A DNA stretch of 21,893 bases from Thermococci archaeon (lineage in GTDB: Archaea > Hadarchaeota > B88-G9). The notes below the pieces were generated by a model. That model made no database searches. It saw only the letters and a program-made list of their open reading frames with translations, and had not been told where the DNA came from. Positions 1 through 8,684 of this stretch are shown in pieces. The translations under genes and the position numbers were made by a program. How positions within the stretch are numbered: position 1 is the stretch's first letter; every line of letters begins with the position of its first letter. The stretch is from positions 1 to 21,893 of the forward strand of contig QMUK01000007.1 in the NCBI GenBank assembly GCA_003660555.1, given 5' to 3'.

Positions 1-357
1 TACCACTATGTTTCTTTCTACTTTCGAGAAGTCAATTCCCATTGCTTCTGATTTGGATTTCATTGAAGTATATAGAAAATTCGCCGGGTTCTCTACAGTT
101 ACGAACAAGACTTTGTATCCCAGTCCTGCTTGGTTCACTGCGAACTGCTCGGCTAAGAGACTCTTTCCAGTGTCTGGTATTCCAGTAATGTTGAGAACTG
201 AAAGGTGGGGTATCCCTCCCAATGGCTTCTTTACGTGCTTGTTTCCCTCTAGCTCTACCTTAAAGAACATTTCATCTAGTTTGGTTCCTGTGGGTATCCC
301 AAATATTCTAGGAGCCTTTTCTTTCAGTTCTCTCAGTTCGAGATACTTCTCCTTCAT
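1..357 (-). CDS. KaiC-like / RecA-superfamily ATPase, N-terminal part. The ATG is at 357-355 and the gene runs off the window start.
   Basis: My own reverse-strand translation gives MKEKYLELRELKEKAPRIFGIPTGTKLDEMF...GGIPHLSVLNITGIPDTGKSLLAEQFAVNQAGLGYKVLFVTVE. The GIPxLDE..GGIP..GxPxTGKS Walker-A architecture is typical of archaeal KaiC/RAD55-like ATPases. There is no in-frame stop back to position 1. The ORF track omits it because the stop lies outside the window. Confidence 0.6.
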   Translation of the reverse strand, partial: MKEKYLELRELKEKAPRIFGIPTGTKLDEMFFKVELEGNKHVKKPLGGIPHLSVLNITGIPDTGKSLLAEQFAVNQAGLGYKVLFVTVENPANFLYTSMKSKSEAMGIDFSKVERNIVV

Positions 358-380
358 AGGTCATCGAGTGGATGAAAGCC

Positions 381-391
381 CTATATATAAG
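381..391 (-). promoter_or_regulatory. TATA box (CTATATATAAG on the plus strand) 24-34 nt upstream of the KaiC-like ATG. Leaderless-type promoter.
   Basis: A/T-rich TATA element at archaeal spacing from the start codon at 357. Read from the sequence only. Confidence 0.4.
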
Positions 392-491
392 TATCCTAAA
401 CTTCCTCTCAGTCCGCCACAGCCGAACGGCAGGGACCACATACACTAGAACGAAGAAAGCAGAAAACGTTGGCTGCCTTCCGAGTACATAG

Positions 492-510
492 ACAAAGCTT
501 ATAATTCGAG
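492..510 (+). promoter_or_regulatory. BRE/TATA (AAAGCTTATAATTCG) about 30-35 nt upstream of the rpiA ATG.
   Basis: TTATAATT element centred near 502. The rpiA ATG is at 537. Leaderless spacing. Confidence 0.4.
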
Positions 511-536
511 AGTTAAGTCATGATTTTTGGGTCTGT

Positions 537-1207
537 ATGGAGGAGATAAAACGAGTTTTAGGAGAGAAAGCTGCCATGATGATCAAAGATGGTCAAGTAG
601 TGGGCCTAGGTAGTGGCTCTACAGTAGAGAAATTCATAGAATCTCTTGGAAGGAGAATTAAATCAGAAGATCTCGAAATAATAGGAATACCATCCTCTTA
701 TCAGTCCTTAATATTGGCATTGGAGAACGGAATAAAGGTCGGATCATTGAATGAATACACTCCAGAGATAACAGTAGATGGGGCTGATGAAATAGATCAG
801 AGGAAATTCATGGTTAAAGGTGGTGGAAGTGCTCTGCTAAGAGAGAAAATACTGATGTCATGCTCCAAGGATGTTCTAGTGATAGTGGATGAGACTAAAC
901 TAGTCGAAAAGATATCAGTTGGTTTTGTTCCAATAGAAGTCGTCAAGTTTGGATTCAAAAGAACTATGGACAAAATATCTGAACTAGGAGCAAAAAAAGT
1001 GAATTTAAGAGTTTCTCCTGGAAAAGTCGGTCCGATTATATCAGACAACGGTAACATAATATTAGATGCGTTTTTTGGGGAGATAAACGACCCTCCCTCA
1101 TTGGAAAAGGAGCTGAACTCTCTACCAGGGGTCGTTGAGAACGGGATATTCACTGTGAGACCCAAAGTTTTAATAGGAAAAAGAGATGGGGAAGGGATCA
1201 AGGTAGC

Positions 1208-1217
<10 letters not shown>
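537..1217 (+). CDS. rpiA: Ribose-5-phosphate isomerase A
   Basis: 226 aa with diagnostic RpiA motifs: GLGSGST (phosphate binding), VDGADE and KGGGGA-like (VKGGGSAL). The size is typical for archaeal RpiA. The last 10 nt including the TAG stop lie inside the downstream tRNA. Confidence 0.9.
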
Positions 1218-1299
<82 letters not shown>

Positions 1300-1602
1300 T
1301 CACTCTTCTAGCACCCTCTTGACTTTATATTCGATGTCTATCTCCTTATCTCTCCTATCATCCAGTTTTATTATAGTCTCTATCCTTCCTATGCCCTCTT
1401 CAGCAAGTTTATCGTGGATTTCACACAGAAAATCAAAGAAGTCTCGGAGTTCTTCTCTTTTCAATTCCACTGTAGTGAACATTGGGCCTACTTGGAATTT
1501 AAATCCTCTTTTGTCCAATTCTTTTATGACTGATTTCACGTACTCTCCAACACTCGTACCGACTCCCAAGGGGACTACTGAGAAGGCAACCAAGACTGGC
1601 AA
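1300..1602 (-). CDS. UPF0045 / MTH1187-YkoF family small protein (DUF77)
   Basis: 100 aa. MPVLVAFSVVPLG...GFKFQVGPMFTTVELK matches the conserved N-terminus and ferredoxin-like fold signature of the MTH1187/YkoF family. Confidence 0.75.
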   Translation of the reverse strand: MPVLVAFSVVPLGVGTSVGEYVKSVIKELDKRGFKFQVGPMFTTVELKREELRDFFDFLCEIHDKLAEEGIGRIETIIKLDDRRDKEIDIEYKVKRVLEE

Positions 1603-1616
1603 AGTTCCCCCTCCAG

Positions 1617-1910
1617 TCAGCCTAGTTCATGTATCCTGCGGATCAGCTCTTCAATTGGTATGGCCACCATAGTCAGTGGCTCGATCGTCCCCCTTCTACC
1701 TAATTCCACAGATATCTTAGCTACAGTTGCCTCATCTGGCGCCTCCAATATGTTTAGGAAGTCATATGGGCCCAATAGAGCATATTGTGCTATTAGTTTA
1801 GCTCCCATCTCTTCTACTTCTTGGTTCACTTCTAATATTCTCTCCGGATTGTCCCTCACGGTCTCCCTACCCTTGGCGGTCAACCTAGTCAACATCACAT
1901 ACACTCCCAT
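1617..1910 (-). CDS. GYD-domain protein
   Basis: 97 aa. ...AQYALLGPYDFLNILEAPDEATVAKISVELGRRGTIE is the GYD family signature (GxYD then EAPD). It sits 14 nt upstream of, and is co-oriented with, the UPF0045 gene. Confidence 0.75.
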   Translation of the reverse strand: MGVYVMLTRLTAKGRETVRDNPERILEVNQEVEEMGAKLIAQYALLGPYDFLNILEAPDEATVAKISVELGRRGTIEPLTMVAIPIEELIRRIHELG

Positions 1911-2110
1911 CTTACTCCCTCGAGATCGAATTCGTACGGAGTAGTAATAAGCTTTCTTCTAGTTGTCCTCATGTAAGGATTCGAATGACTAGCTACTAGC
2001 TTGGCTTTTCAGTTACTTTTTCTATTATTTAATTTGCCTATTTCGGCTTGAAAATACCAGCGACCGAAGCTCAGATATGTCCTGTGATTAAGGATCGGGT
2101 ACTAGGGAAC

Positions 2111-2121
2111 TCTTATATAAT
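2111..2121 (+). promoter_or_regulatory. TATA box (TCTTATATAAT) about 30 nt upstream of the stomatin TTG start
   Basis: Sequence inspection. Spacing consistent with a leaderless transcript. Confidence 0.4.
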
Positions 2122-2150
2122 CTTCCAGAGAGTTAGAGAAGGGTGGTACT

Positions 2151-2948
2151 TTGATACCCGTGTCGGCCTTAGCTCTGCTAGTCCTGTTGATACTGATATT
2201 GCTGTCTATGTCTATAAGGGTGATTCAGGAATACGAAAGAGGTGTAGTATTCAGACTCGGGAAGCTAATTGGAGAAAAGGGGCCTGGACTAAGATTCATA
2301 ATCCCGTTCATAGATAGAATGGTCAAGGTTGACCTTAGAACCCAAGTGCTTGACGTTCCAGTTCAAGAAGTAATAACGAAAGACAACGTCCCAGTCAAAG
2401 TAAATGCCGTGGTATACTTTAGAGTAATGGATGCGAAAGCCTCGGTGGTGCAAGTGCAGAACTACATAGCTGCCACCTCTCAGATCTCTCAAACTACGCT
2501 GAGAAGTGTAATAGGTCAAAGTCACCTAGATGAGTTGCTCTCAGAGAGAGAGAAACTGAACATGCAACTCCAACAAATAATAGATGAAGCTACAGACCCT
2601 TGGGGAATAAAAGTATCTACCGTTGAGATAAAAGATGTGGAGCTTCCTGCAGGGATGCAAAGAGCAATGGCAAGACAGGCAGAAGCTGAAAGAGACAGGA
2701 GAGCGAGAATAATACAAGCAGAGGGTGAATTCCAAGCTGCTAGGAAAATAGCTGAAGCTGCCAAGATAATAAGCGAGATCCCCCAGGCCATACACCTAAG
2801 GCTATTCCAGACAATATCTGAAGTAGCTACAGAGAACGCAACTACTGTAATAATCCCCATCCCGATAGAGATGTTGGAAGCATTCGGCAGATATGCCAAA
2901 CTAATGAAGAAAGAGGGGAGCAAAGAGGACACATCACAAGGAGAGTAA
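2151..2948 (+). CDS. Stomatin/prohibitin-type SPFH (band 7) membrane protein
   Basis: 265 aa. It has an N-terminal TM helix, then ...[66 protein letters not shown]...[13 protein letters not shown]...[11 protein letters not shown]..., a very close match to archaeal stomatin homologues. The start is TTG at 2151. Confidence 0.9.
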   Translation: MIPVSALALLVLLILILLSMSIRVIQEYERGVVFRLGKLIGEKGPGLRFIIPFIDRMVKVDLRTQVLDVPVQEVITKDNVPVKVNAVVYFRVMDAKASVVQVQNYIAATSQISQTTLRSVIGQSHLDELLSEREKLNMQLQQIIDEATDPWGIKVSTVEIKDVELPAGMQRAMARQAEAERDRRARIIQAEGEFQAARKIAEAAKIISEIPQAIHLRLFQTISEVATENATTVIIPIPIEMLEAFGRYAKLMKKEGSKEDTSQGE

Positions 2949-3767
2949 TATTGTCTCTCTCACTAAGTGGGCAGCTAGAACCGATGTGATTCCAGAGTCG
3001 AAGAGGGGATTCAGCTCCACTACGTCAAAAGCCTTTATTTTTTTCCCCAATGTCCGGATGACCTCTATTACTTGGCTAGGTGATACTCCCATTGGTTCCG
3101 GATTTCCCACTCCCGGAGCATAAGATGGGTCCAACACATCCAAATCTATGCTGAGATACACTTCTCCTCTTAAACTCGAGATGCTTTCTATCCCGTTATC
3201 CCAATCCTCCGGAGGATAGTATTCAATTCCTCTCTCTAAACAGAAGCGGTATTCTTCTTTCGATGCAGACCTAACTCCCATCAATAGAACTCTGTCTTCT
3301 CCTAGTATTTCCACTGCTCTCCTAGCGACGCTAGCGTGTCCGAACTTCTCTCCTAGATACTCCTCCCTCATGTCGAGATGCGCATCTAGTTGCACGTATG
3401 ACTCTATGCGATCCCTGATTTTCCTTAGTATCGGGAGAGTCACGGAATGGTCTCCTCCAAGTACCGCGAATTTAGAGTCGGCTATTTCATCTAAAGCAAT
3501 GAACTCCTCTAGTAATTCTGGAGAACTAGGTACCTCCAAATCCCCAAGATCTACTAGGTCTACTTCGCATAGATCCTTTTTAGAATAAAAACTAAATGAT
3601 TCTATGCTGTGTGACGCCTTTCTTATTTCATACGGTGCAAATCTCGCTCCAGGCCTATATGTAGAGGTGTAGTCAAAGGGAATCCCCACCAAGTAGAATT
3701 CCCCAGGAGGTTCCCTCTTACTACAGAGGAAATTCAAGTTCTTCACCCATTTTCTTGGTCCATCCAT
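2934..3767 (-). CDS. speB: Agmatinase (arginase/ureohydrolase family)
   Basis: Mn-binding motifs GGDHS ([10 protein letters not shown]), DAHLD and SIDLDVLDP. The ORF is open back to 3827. The start at the internal M (MDGPRK..., 3767) is the first M in the ORF 3' of the speE stop (3721); it still overlaps speE by 47 nt. The 3' end overlaps the convergent stomatin gene by 15 nt. Confidence 0.8.
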   Translation of the reverse strand: MDGPRKWVKNLNFLCSKREPPGEFYLVGIPFDYTSTYRPGARFAPYEIRKASHSIESFSFYSKKDLCEVDLVDLGDLEVPSSPELLEEFIALDEIADSKFAVLGGDHSVTLPILRKIRDRIESYVQLDAHLDMREEYLGEKFGHASVARRAVEILGEDRVLLMGVRSASKEEYRFCLERGIEYYPPEDWDNGIESISSLRGEVYLSIDLDVLDPSYAPGVGNPEPMGVSPSQVIEVIRTLGKKIKAFDVVELNPLFDSGITSVLAAHLVRETILLSL

Positions 3768-4560
3768 TGAGTGACAATCTGACGTCTTTTGGGATTGAAA
3801 ACATGAACCTATGTGTTTCTTCGTCATAAAATCTAGTGAATATTCCGTCCATTCTTGAAAAATCGAACTCTCCTATTGGAATTAAAAAGAAACCCCATAC
3901 TCCACCTGGGTAGGATGGAACTGGGGATAAGTAGGGGAGCGGCTCTTTCTTACCGAACACTTCTTCCAAAGTTTTGAATATGCTACAATATTGGGCTATG
4001 TTATAGAACATGGATCCAGCTTGCAAGGAAACTCCTTTTGTTCTCAAGTTTGAGTAAAATTCCTCGGTGAATAGTCTCCTCACTTTCCCATTTGGATCTG
4101 GGAGATCTAGTATTGTCACGTCAAATCTCTCTTTACTTTCTCTCACGAATTCGAATCCATCTGCTATTTCCATGGAGAGTCTCCTATCCTCGAATGCTCC
4201 TTGATCTATTTTCAGGTATTTTCTTGAAGCCTTCACGACTTCTTCATCTATTTCCACCATTAGCACGTCTTCTACTTGGTGCTTGAGGACTTCTCTAAGT
4301 GCTCCGCCGTCTCCTCCGCCTATGATCAGGACCTTTTCTACTTCTCCCGATATCATGACGGGATGAACTATAGCTTCGTGGTAGTAGTATTCATCCCTAG
4401 TAGTAGTTTGTATCTCGTTGTTCAAGGCTAGTACTCTCCCGAAATCTCTGTTCTCGAATATAGTTATCCAATGATGTTTGCTTTTCTTTCTGAAGAGTAT
4501 CTCGTCCACTTTGAGTGTAAACTTAGCAGTAGGAGAGTACTCTTCGCTGAATTCCATCAA
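3721..4560 (-). CDS. speE: Spermidine synthase / aminopropyltransferase
   Basis: 279 aa. GGGDGG AdoMet-decarboxylate binding motif, the ...DLPDP... region and the typical SpeE length. The stop/start is shared with speH (TGATG). Confidence 0.9.
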   Translation of the reverse strand: MMEFSEEYSPTAKFTLKVDEILFRKKSKHHWITIFENRDFGRVLALNNEIQTTTRDEYYYHEAIVHPVMISGEVEKVLIIGGGDGGALREVLKHQVEDVLMVEIDEEVVKASRKYLKIDQGAFEDRRLSMEIADGFEFVRESKERFDVTILDLPDPNGKVRRLFTEEFYSNLRTKGVSLQAGSMFYNIAQYCSIFKTLEEVFGKKEPLPYLSPVPSYPGGVWGFFLIPIGEFDFSRMDGIFTRFYDEETHRFMFSIPKDVRLSLNGWTKKMGEELEFPL

Positions 4561-4925
4561 ATATTGGCACTCTCCTCGAGTATGCCTCTAGTTATTTCCA
4601 TTACAGACACTCTCTTTGGTTTGAATTTGCTCCTCAGGTAATCGTAGGCTCTCCATGGATCTGTTTCATCTCCACAAGTGAAGACGTCCAACGCTACAAA
4701 TCTGTATTCTGGCCAGGTGTGGACAGCTAGGTGAGACTCCTCTATCACTACTACAGCACTTATTCCGTGTGGATTGAACTTGTGGAGGAACGACTTAACC
4801 ACCTTAGCATTCGATACCTTAGCAGCCTCTTCCAGATAGTTCATCACCTCCTCCCCATCCAAAACACCATCACATTCATACATCTCTACGACTAAATGTC
4901 TGCCTAACCCCCTCAAGGGCATCAC
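4557..4925 (-). CDS. speH: S-adenosylmethionine decarboxylase proenzyme (pyruvoyl-dependent, SpeH type)
   Basis: 122 aa. The ...VVVIEESHLAVHTWPE... self-processing serine motif is diagnostic for SpeH/AdoMetDC. Confidence 0.9.
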   Translation of the reverse strand: MMPLRGLGRHLVVEMYECDGVLDGEEVMNYLEEAAKVSNAKVVKSFLHKFNPHGISAVVVIEESHLAVHTWPEYRFVALDVFTCGDETDPWRAYDYLRSKFKPKRVSVMEITRGILEESANI

Positions 4926-5392
4926 CTCACGAAGAGCGCTGCAGACACTACACTCCCGAAGTTATCCGATACTCTGAGTTCTACGGAAGTCTTCATTATT
5001 CTCTCTAGGTCCAATCCTCTTCCCTCAATCATCTCAATCGCTATTTCTTCTGATATTCTCTCTGAATCTTTCTTACTTGTTGGACCGGAGTACTCCGCTA
5101 TAACTCCGTATTCAGGGCCTAATGCAACAGATATTGCTGAGGATATCACCTCCCCCTTCCTGTTGGATTCGTAGTGAGTGTACACACACGGGAGTATTTC
5201 TCCCTCAATCAAAGGTCTGTTCAGTTTCTCGACTATTCTGCATCCTCTCGGAACTATGCTACTCACCCTCACTAGATTGAGGTTGCCTATTCCAGCGTCT
5301 CTGAGAGCAGAATCAAATGCCGATAACTCAGTGTTCCCAAACCCCTTTCCTGATACTAGGAGTATCTCTGAATACACTTTAGTCAACTGCAT
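4922..5392 (-). CDS. pdaD: Pyruvoyl-dependent arginine decarboxylase
   Basis: 156 aa. LSAFDSALRDAGIGNLNLVRVSSIVP (Ser-Ser cleavage site) and ISSAISVA correspond closely to the Methanocaldococcus PdaD prototype. There is a 4 nt overlap with speH. Confidence 0.88.
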   Translation of the reverse strand: MQLTKVYSEILLVSGKGFGNTELSAFDSALRDAGIGNLNLVRVSSIVPRGCRIVEKLNRPLIEGEILPCVYTHYESNRKGEVISSAISVALGPEYGVIAEYSGPTSKKDSERISEEIAIEMIEGRGLDLERIMKTSVELRVSDNFGSVVSAALFVR

Positions 5393-5475
5393 GCAGTTTT
5401 CCTCCAGGCCAGTTAGTTTTCCCAGAACATAACCAGTTTTAGTCGATTCGAGACTAACCTCAGTTAAACCAAACC

Positions 5476-5486
5476 TTAAATATTTT
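5476..5486 (-). promoter_or_regulatory. Candidate TATA (AAAATATTTAA on the minus strand) for the pdaD-speH-speE-speB operon, about 85-95 nt upstream of the pdaD ATG
   Basis: This is the only strong A/T TATA-like element in the 188 nt gap. It implies a 5' UTR of about 60 nt. Weak. Confidence 0.25.
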
Positions 5487-5580
5487 ACGGTTTTTCTCTG
5501 AGAAAGAGAATTTTCATCTAAAGCGGATTAACTTTGAGAGATCTCATCCATAGGCGAGTAAACTTACCACCACACCGATT

Positions 5581-6624
5581 TCATGAAGTTGAAGACTCCA
5601 CATCCTGGTAAATGTCTTCATCTACTCTTTCGTTTCTTGATTTTGTTCCAGAAAGTGTCTCTATTCTGTAAAGATAAGATGTATACCATATATCTTCAGG
5701 AATCCACTTAGTAGATTTGTTCCAAGCTTTAGTCTCCTTTATGTAATCCCAATTCATGTACTTATTAAAAGACCTGATAATATCTGTTATTACCACCTTA
5801 AAATCATCGAGAAGTATTCTTTGGATTTCCCTCCATTTCTCAAGAGAGGCCTCAACCCTAGTGAGGCCGAAGTATCCGGAACACCTTTCCCCAATTAGAG
5901 AAGTTATTCCCCTTCCTATGAAGAGCTGCAAAGCCTTTAATGTCTCAGGAGGGTCCGTGAAGAAAGTGTGAAATCTGCCTACCAATTCGGATGGAAGAGG
6001 CTCTCTTAGATCTCTCTCGTGTATTTGAATGTCGAATCCTATCTCCTTGGCTGCTTTAGATATGAAGTCTGTTATCCTGCTGTCTATTTCTATTACTGCT
6101 ATTTCCTTTGGATAACCTGACAATGCCGCTGCTATACTAACTAGGTCGTCATCTCCGAGAACTATTATTCTCTTTCCACCGAGATCTCCTTTTTCCATCA
6201 TGAAGGATATCCTAGCTATTGTAGTTGAGGGTGTGACGAATCCCTGATCGTATTTCCTGATAGGTTTCGGTCTCTTCTCGTGATATCTCATGAACTCCTT
6301 GAGTAGGTCCTTGTGCTCCTCTATTGAGATCCCCCTTCCTTCGCAAGAATCGCATTCAAACGAAGTCTTTTCATACAACTTCATCGATTCGATCAGCTGT
6401 TTTCCTTTATCTGTTAACGATATTTTTCCATTTGTTTCCTCCAGATATCCCTTTTCCTCTAACACATTTATTATATCAGAAACTAAGACCAGAACTTCTT
6501 CAGAATCTTTAACTATCTTCCAAAAATCACTAGTTACTAATACAGATGAGAGCACATTCTCTATGGATCTCTCATAGCATTTAATTCCGCTCCTTCTCTC
6601 TATTTCCATACATAACTCTTCCAA
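5581..6624 (-). CDS. bpsA: DUF43-family aminopropyltransferase, BpsA-like. Candidate N4-bis(aminopropyl)spermidine (branched-chain polyamine) synthase.
   Basis: 347 aa, the same size class as Thermococcus BpsA. It has the Rossmann-like VLGDDDL motif and a ...FFTDPPET... motif, and it sits directly beside the polyamine operon. Assignment to DUF43/BpsA is from memory of the family, not a search. The start is TTG at 6624 (or ATG at 6609). Confidence 0.55.
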   Translation of the reverse strand: MEELCMEIERRSGIKCYERSIENVLSSVLVTSDFWKIVKDSEEVLVLVSDIINVLEEKGYLEETNGKISLTDKGKQLIESMKLYEKTSFECDSCEGRGISIEEHKDLLKEFMRYHEKRPKPIRKYDQGFVTPSTTIARISFMMEKGDLGGKRIIVLGDDDLVSIAAALSGYPKEIAVIEIDSRITDFISKAAKEIGFDIQIHERDLREPLPSELVGRFHTFFTDPPETLKALQLFIGRGITSLIGERCSGYFGLTRVEASLEKWREIQRILLDDFKVVITDIIRSFNKYMNWDYIKETKAWNKSTKWIPEDIWYTSYLYRIETLSGTKSRNERVDEDIYQDVESSTS

Positions 6625-6645
6625 ACGATCCCTTCACCTACTCAG

Positions 6646-6660
6646 AGTCCCAAGTTAAAA
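6646..6660 (-). promoter_or_regulatory. TATA-like element (AAAGATTTTAACTTG on the minus strand) 25-35 nt upstream of the TTG start of the bpsA-like gene
   Basis: The spacing supports the 6624 start and a leaderless transcript. Confidence 0.3.
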
Positions 6661-6887
6661 TCTTTGTCCCATATCTCAGAGATGCTTTACCTCCTATCCA
6701 CATCTGAGACTCTCAACACACCAGAATCATTCCGTCGAGGCCACGTCTTTAGGAGGAATTCCTTAGTTGGTATTATGGTTGGCGTATACTGTAACCCTCC
6801 ATTTCCATCCCATTGGCAGTATTTCCGTAGAAGCCGAACATTCGAGAAGTGTCTTAGGGAAATGTCTGAACGAGTCTCGAGGAGCAA

Positions 6888-6899
6888 GTTTTTAAAACC
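6888..6899 (+). promoter_or_regulatory. TATA box (GTTTTTAAAACC) about 26 nt upstream of tRNA-Glu
   Basis: Classic archaeal tRNA promoter spacing. Confidence 0.5.
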
Positions 6900-6918
6900 G
6901 TGTGGTGTATGAGGGAAG

Positions 6919-6996
6919 GCCCCGGTGGTGTAGCCCGGCCAAGCATTCGGGCCTTTCGAGCCCGAGACCCGGGTTCGAATCCCGGCCGGGGCACCA
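6919..6996 (+). tRNA. tRNA-Glu (UUC). Encoded CCA, no intron.
   Basis: Hand fold: acceptor GCCCCGG/CCGGGGC, D-arm GUGU-AGCCCGGCCAA-GCAU, anticodon stem CGGGC/GCCCG with loop CUUUCGA, variable loop AGAC, T-arm CCGGG-TTCGAAT-CCCGG. Nearly identical in architecture to known archaeal tRNA-Glu. Confidence 0.9.
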
Positions 6997-7013
6997 CTCG
7001 CTGAAGTGGGAAC

Positions 7014-7961
7014 ATGTTGGAAGTAATACCTCTGTCCTCTGACTCTCTTGGAGTAAGGAGTATGTCCACTATCGTTAGGACTAGTAGAATTTCCGCGCAC
7101 GTAGATCCTGGTGTAGCTTTAGGGCCTAGGAGATACAACCTGAAACCAACTGAAGAGGAATTAATTGCTCTAAGAGTTCACAGAAACGCCATAATGGAAG
7201 CTTCTGCTGATGTGGAGTTGTCAATAGTCACACATTACCACTACGACCACCATCCGTTCCCGGATGACTCGGAGATGTATCGGAGATGTTTCCTCGAAAA
7301 GACTGTAATAGCGAAGGACATCTCCAAAGACATACACCAATCCGGAAAGAAAAGAGGAGAATTATTCAGGAAGAAACTAGAAGGGATTGCTTCAACAATT
7401 GAGTGGGGAGATTCAAGGGATTTCGAAATGGAGGACCTTTACATTAGGTTTTCTCCTCCAGTCTGGCACGGGGACGTTGGAAGCAGAGTTGGGAAAGTAC
7501 TAATGGTTTATTTCGAGAGTGGAAATGACTCATTCCTTTACGGAAGCGATGCACAAGGATTGGCAGACCCGAATGCTTTAGAGTGGTCTATAGAAGTAAA
7601 CCCTCGTTTAGCAGTTATAGATGGGTATCCCACTCTTTTCGTAGGATGGAGAACTAGCAAAAAGGCATTTGAGAAATCCAAGAAGAACCTAAAGGAGTTC
7701 ATTGAAAGTACCGACGTAGAGACGATTGTAATGGATCACCACATAGTCAGAGATCTGAGATACAAGGAGAAGATTTCAGACTTGATATCGTTTTCTGAGG
7801 ATCTCGGGAAGAAACTAATTACTATGGCAGAGTTCCTAGGAGTGGAGAATCTCTTCTTAGAAGCTTGGAGAAAGGAAATACACAATGGTGAACGTAAAGT
7901 AGACCTAAAGAAGTTCTTCTCTGAGTTGTCTTTGAAATCCGGGACGAATTATACCTTGTAG
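7014..7961 (+). CDS. Metallo-beta-lactamase-fold hydrolase, UPF0282-like archaeal family
   Basis: 315 aa. The N-terminus VIPLSSDSLGVRSMSTIV...HVDPGVALGP is followed by the HYHYDHH (HxHxDH) zinc-binding motif. It starts 17 nt after tRNA-Glu. Confidence 0.7.
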   Translation: MLEVIPLSSDSLGVRSMSTIVRTSRISAHVDPGVALGPRRYNLKPTEEELIALRVHRNAIMEASADVELSIVTHYHYDHHPFPDDSEMYRRCFLEKTVIAKDISKDIHQSGKKRGELFRKKLEGIASTIEWGDSRDFEMEDLYIRFSPPVWHGDVGSRVGKVLMVYFESGNDSFLYGSDAQGLADPNALEWSIEVNPRLAVIDGYPTLFVGWRTSKKAFEKSKKNLKEFIESTDVETIVMDHHIVRDLRYKEKISDLISFSEDLGKKLITMAEFLGVENLFLEAWRKEIHNGERKVDLKKFFSELSLKSGTNYTL

Positions 7962-8041
7962 TTCCCCATTCAATCTAGTTCAAGAGAGAGTTGAAGTACT
8001 AATTGGTAAAAGTTAAATCCAACTGAGTGTAACCCCTATTC

Positions 8042-8470
8042 ATGCCGCTGAGCGAGAGGGAATTCTTGGAAGTGCAATTCATGCTCAACCATCTTAAAGC
8101 CATGGATGACAAAACAGACGTGGTGATAAAGGCAGCAAATGGAGTCATGGCCCTAATAGTTGGAGTGATTGCCTTTCTAATGGCTTTCGCACCACAGAAA
8201 CTAGATGAACTGAGTATGATAGCAGTCTCAATACCGATAACTTCCGTGCTTCTCTCCATAATATCTTCACTCCTTCTCCTTTATCCTAAGTTCACACAGC
8301 TCGTTTTCTTTGAAAAAGAAGAGGACTTCGAGAAAATAGAGGAGAGGTACTACGCTTCTCTGAGGAAGAAAACTAAATGGATGAAGGTAACCTTGTTCTG
8401 GCTTGTTCTAGGAATAATCTCCTTCGTCTCTTGGTTCATGTCCTTGGCAATTGAGGTCGTGAGGCACTAA
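8042..8470 (+). CDS. Hypothetical small membrane protein with about 3 TM helices
   Basis: 142 aa ORF with three clear hydrophobic segments (ALIVGVIAFLMAF; MIAVSIPITSVLLSIISSLLLLY; VTLFWLVLGIISFVSWFMSLAI). A/T-rich TATA-like element (GGTAAAAGTTAAAT) about 30 nt upstream. No recognised family. Confidence 0.5.
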   Translation: MPLSEREFLEVQFMLNHLKAMDDKTDVVIKAANGVMALIVGVIAFLMAFAPQKLDELSMIAVSIPITSVLLSIISSLLLLYPKFTQLVFFEKEEDFEKIEERYYASLRKKTKWMKVTLFWLVLGIISFVSWFMSLAIEVVRH

Positions 8471-8684
8471 ATTGCTTCGTCACAAACACTCTGAGGGTAA
8501 TTCTAGGCGAATGTAGGATCCAAATGTTCCACAATCGCAGTAAATGTCGTATTTTACTTCTATTTCCAAGTCGTCTAATTGAGAGATCTAAACGTCACGA
8601 AGTACTCGCTCGAGTGAGTGTGTTCTAGGCCTCCGACACCAAATAGAGTTTCGTGATCGGTTATAATGACTAGGTGTGAATCGT

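Noticed and set aside
8-448. 146 aa plus-strand ORF at the window start
   Set aside because: It is antisense to the better-supported KaiC-like gene (Walker A motif in the minus frame). Its composition (S/F/P-rich) is unlike real proteins here.
797-1201. 134 aa minus-strand ORF inside rpiA
   Set aside because: It is fully embedded antisense in a confidently identified RpiA gene, with a low-complexity S/T/P-rich translation.
1319-1944. Plus-strand ORFs 1319-1672 and 1660-1944
   Set aside because: They are antisense shadows of the UPF0045 and GYD genes and are serine/leucine-rich nonsense.
1960-2010. GGATTCGAAT T-loop-like motif suggesting a tRNA fragment
   Set aside because: No flanking complementary T-stem or acceptor stem on either strand. 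It is a chance occurrence in the divergent promoter region.
2048-2317. 89 aa ORF overlapping the stomatin start
   Set aside because: It starts upstream of the TATA box and is out of frame with the SPFH gene, which has full-length homology.
2289-2932. Minus-strand ORFs 2289-2525, 2522-2932 and 2541-2795 inside the stomatin gene
   Set aside because: They are antisense to a strongly supported CDS. The hydrophobic/low-complexity translations are typical of antisense reading of an E/K/A-rich helix.
6664-7138. ORFs 6664-6912 (+), 6687-7100 (-) and 6854-7138 (-) in the bpsA/tRNA-Glu gap
   Set aside because: They overlap or run antisense through the tRNA-Glu gene and both promoters. The translations are W/C/H/R/P-rich, unlike this organism's proteins.
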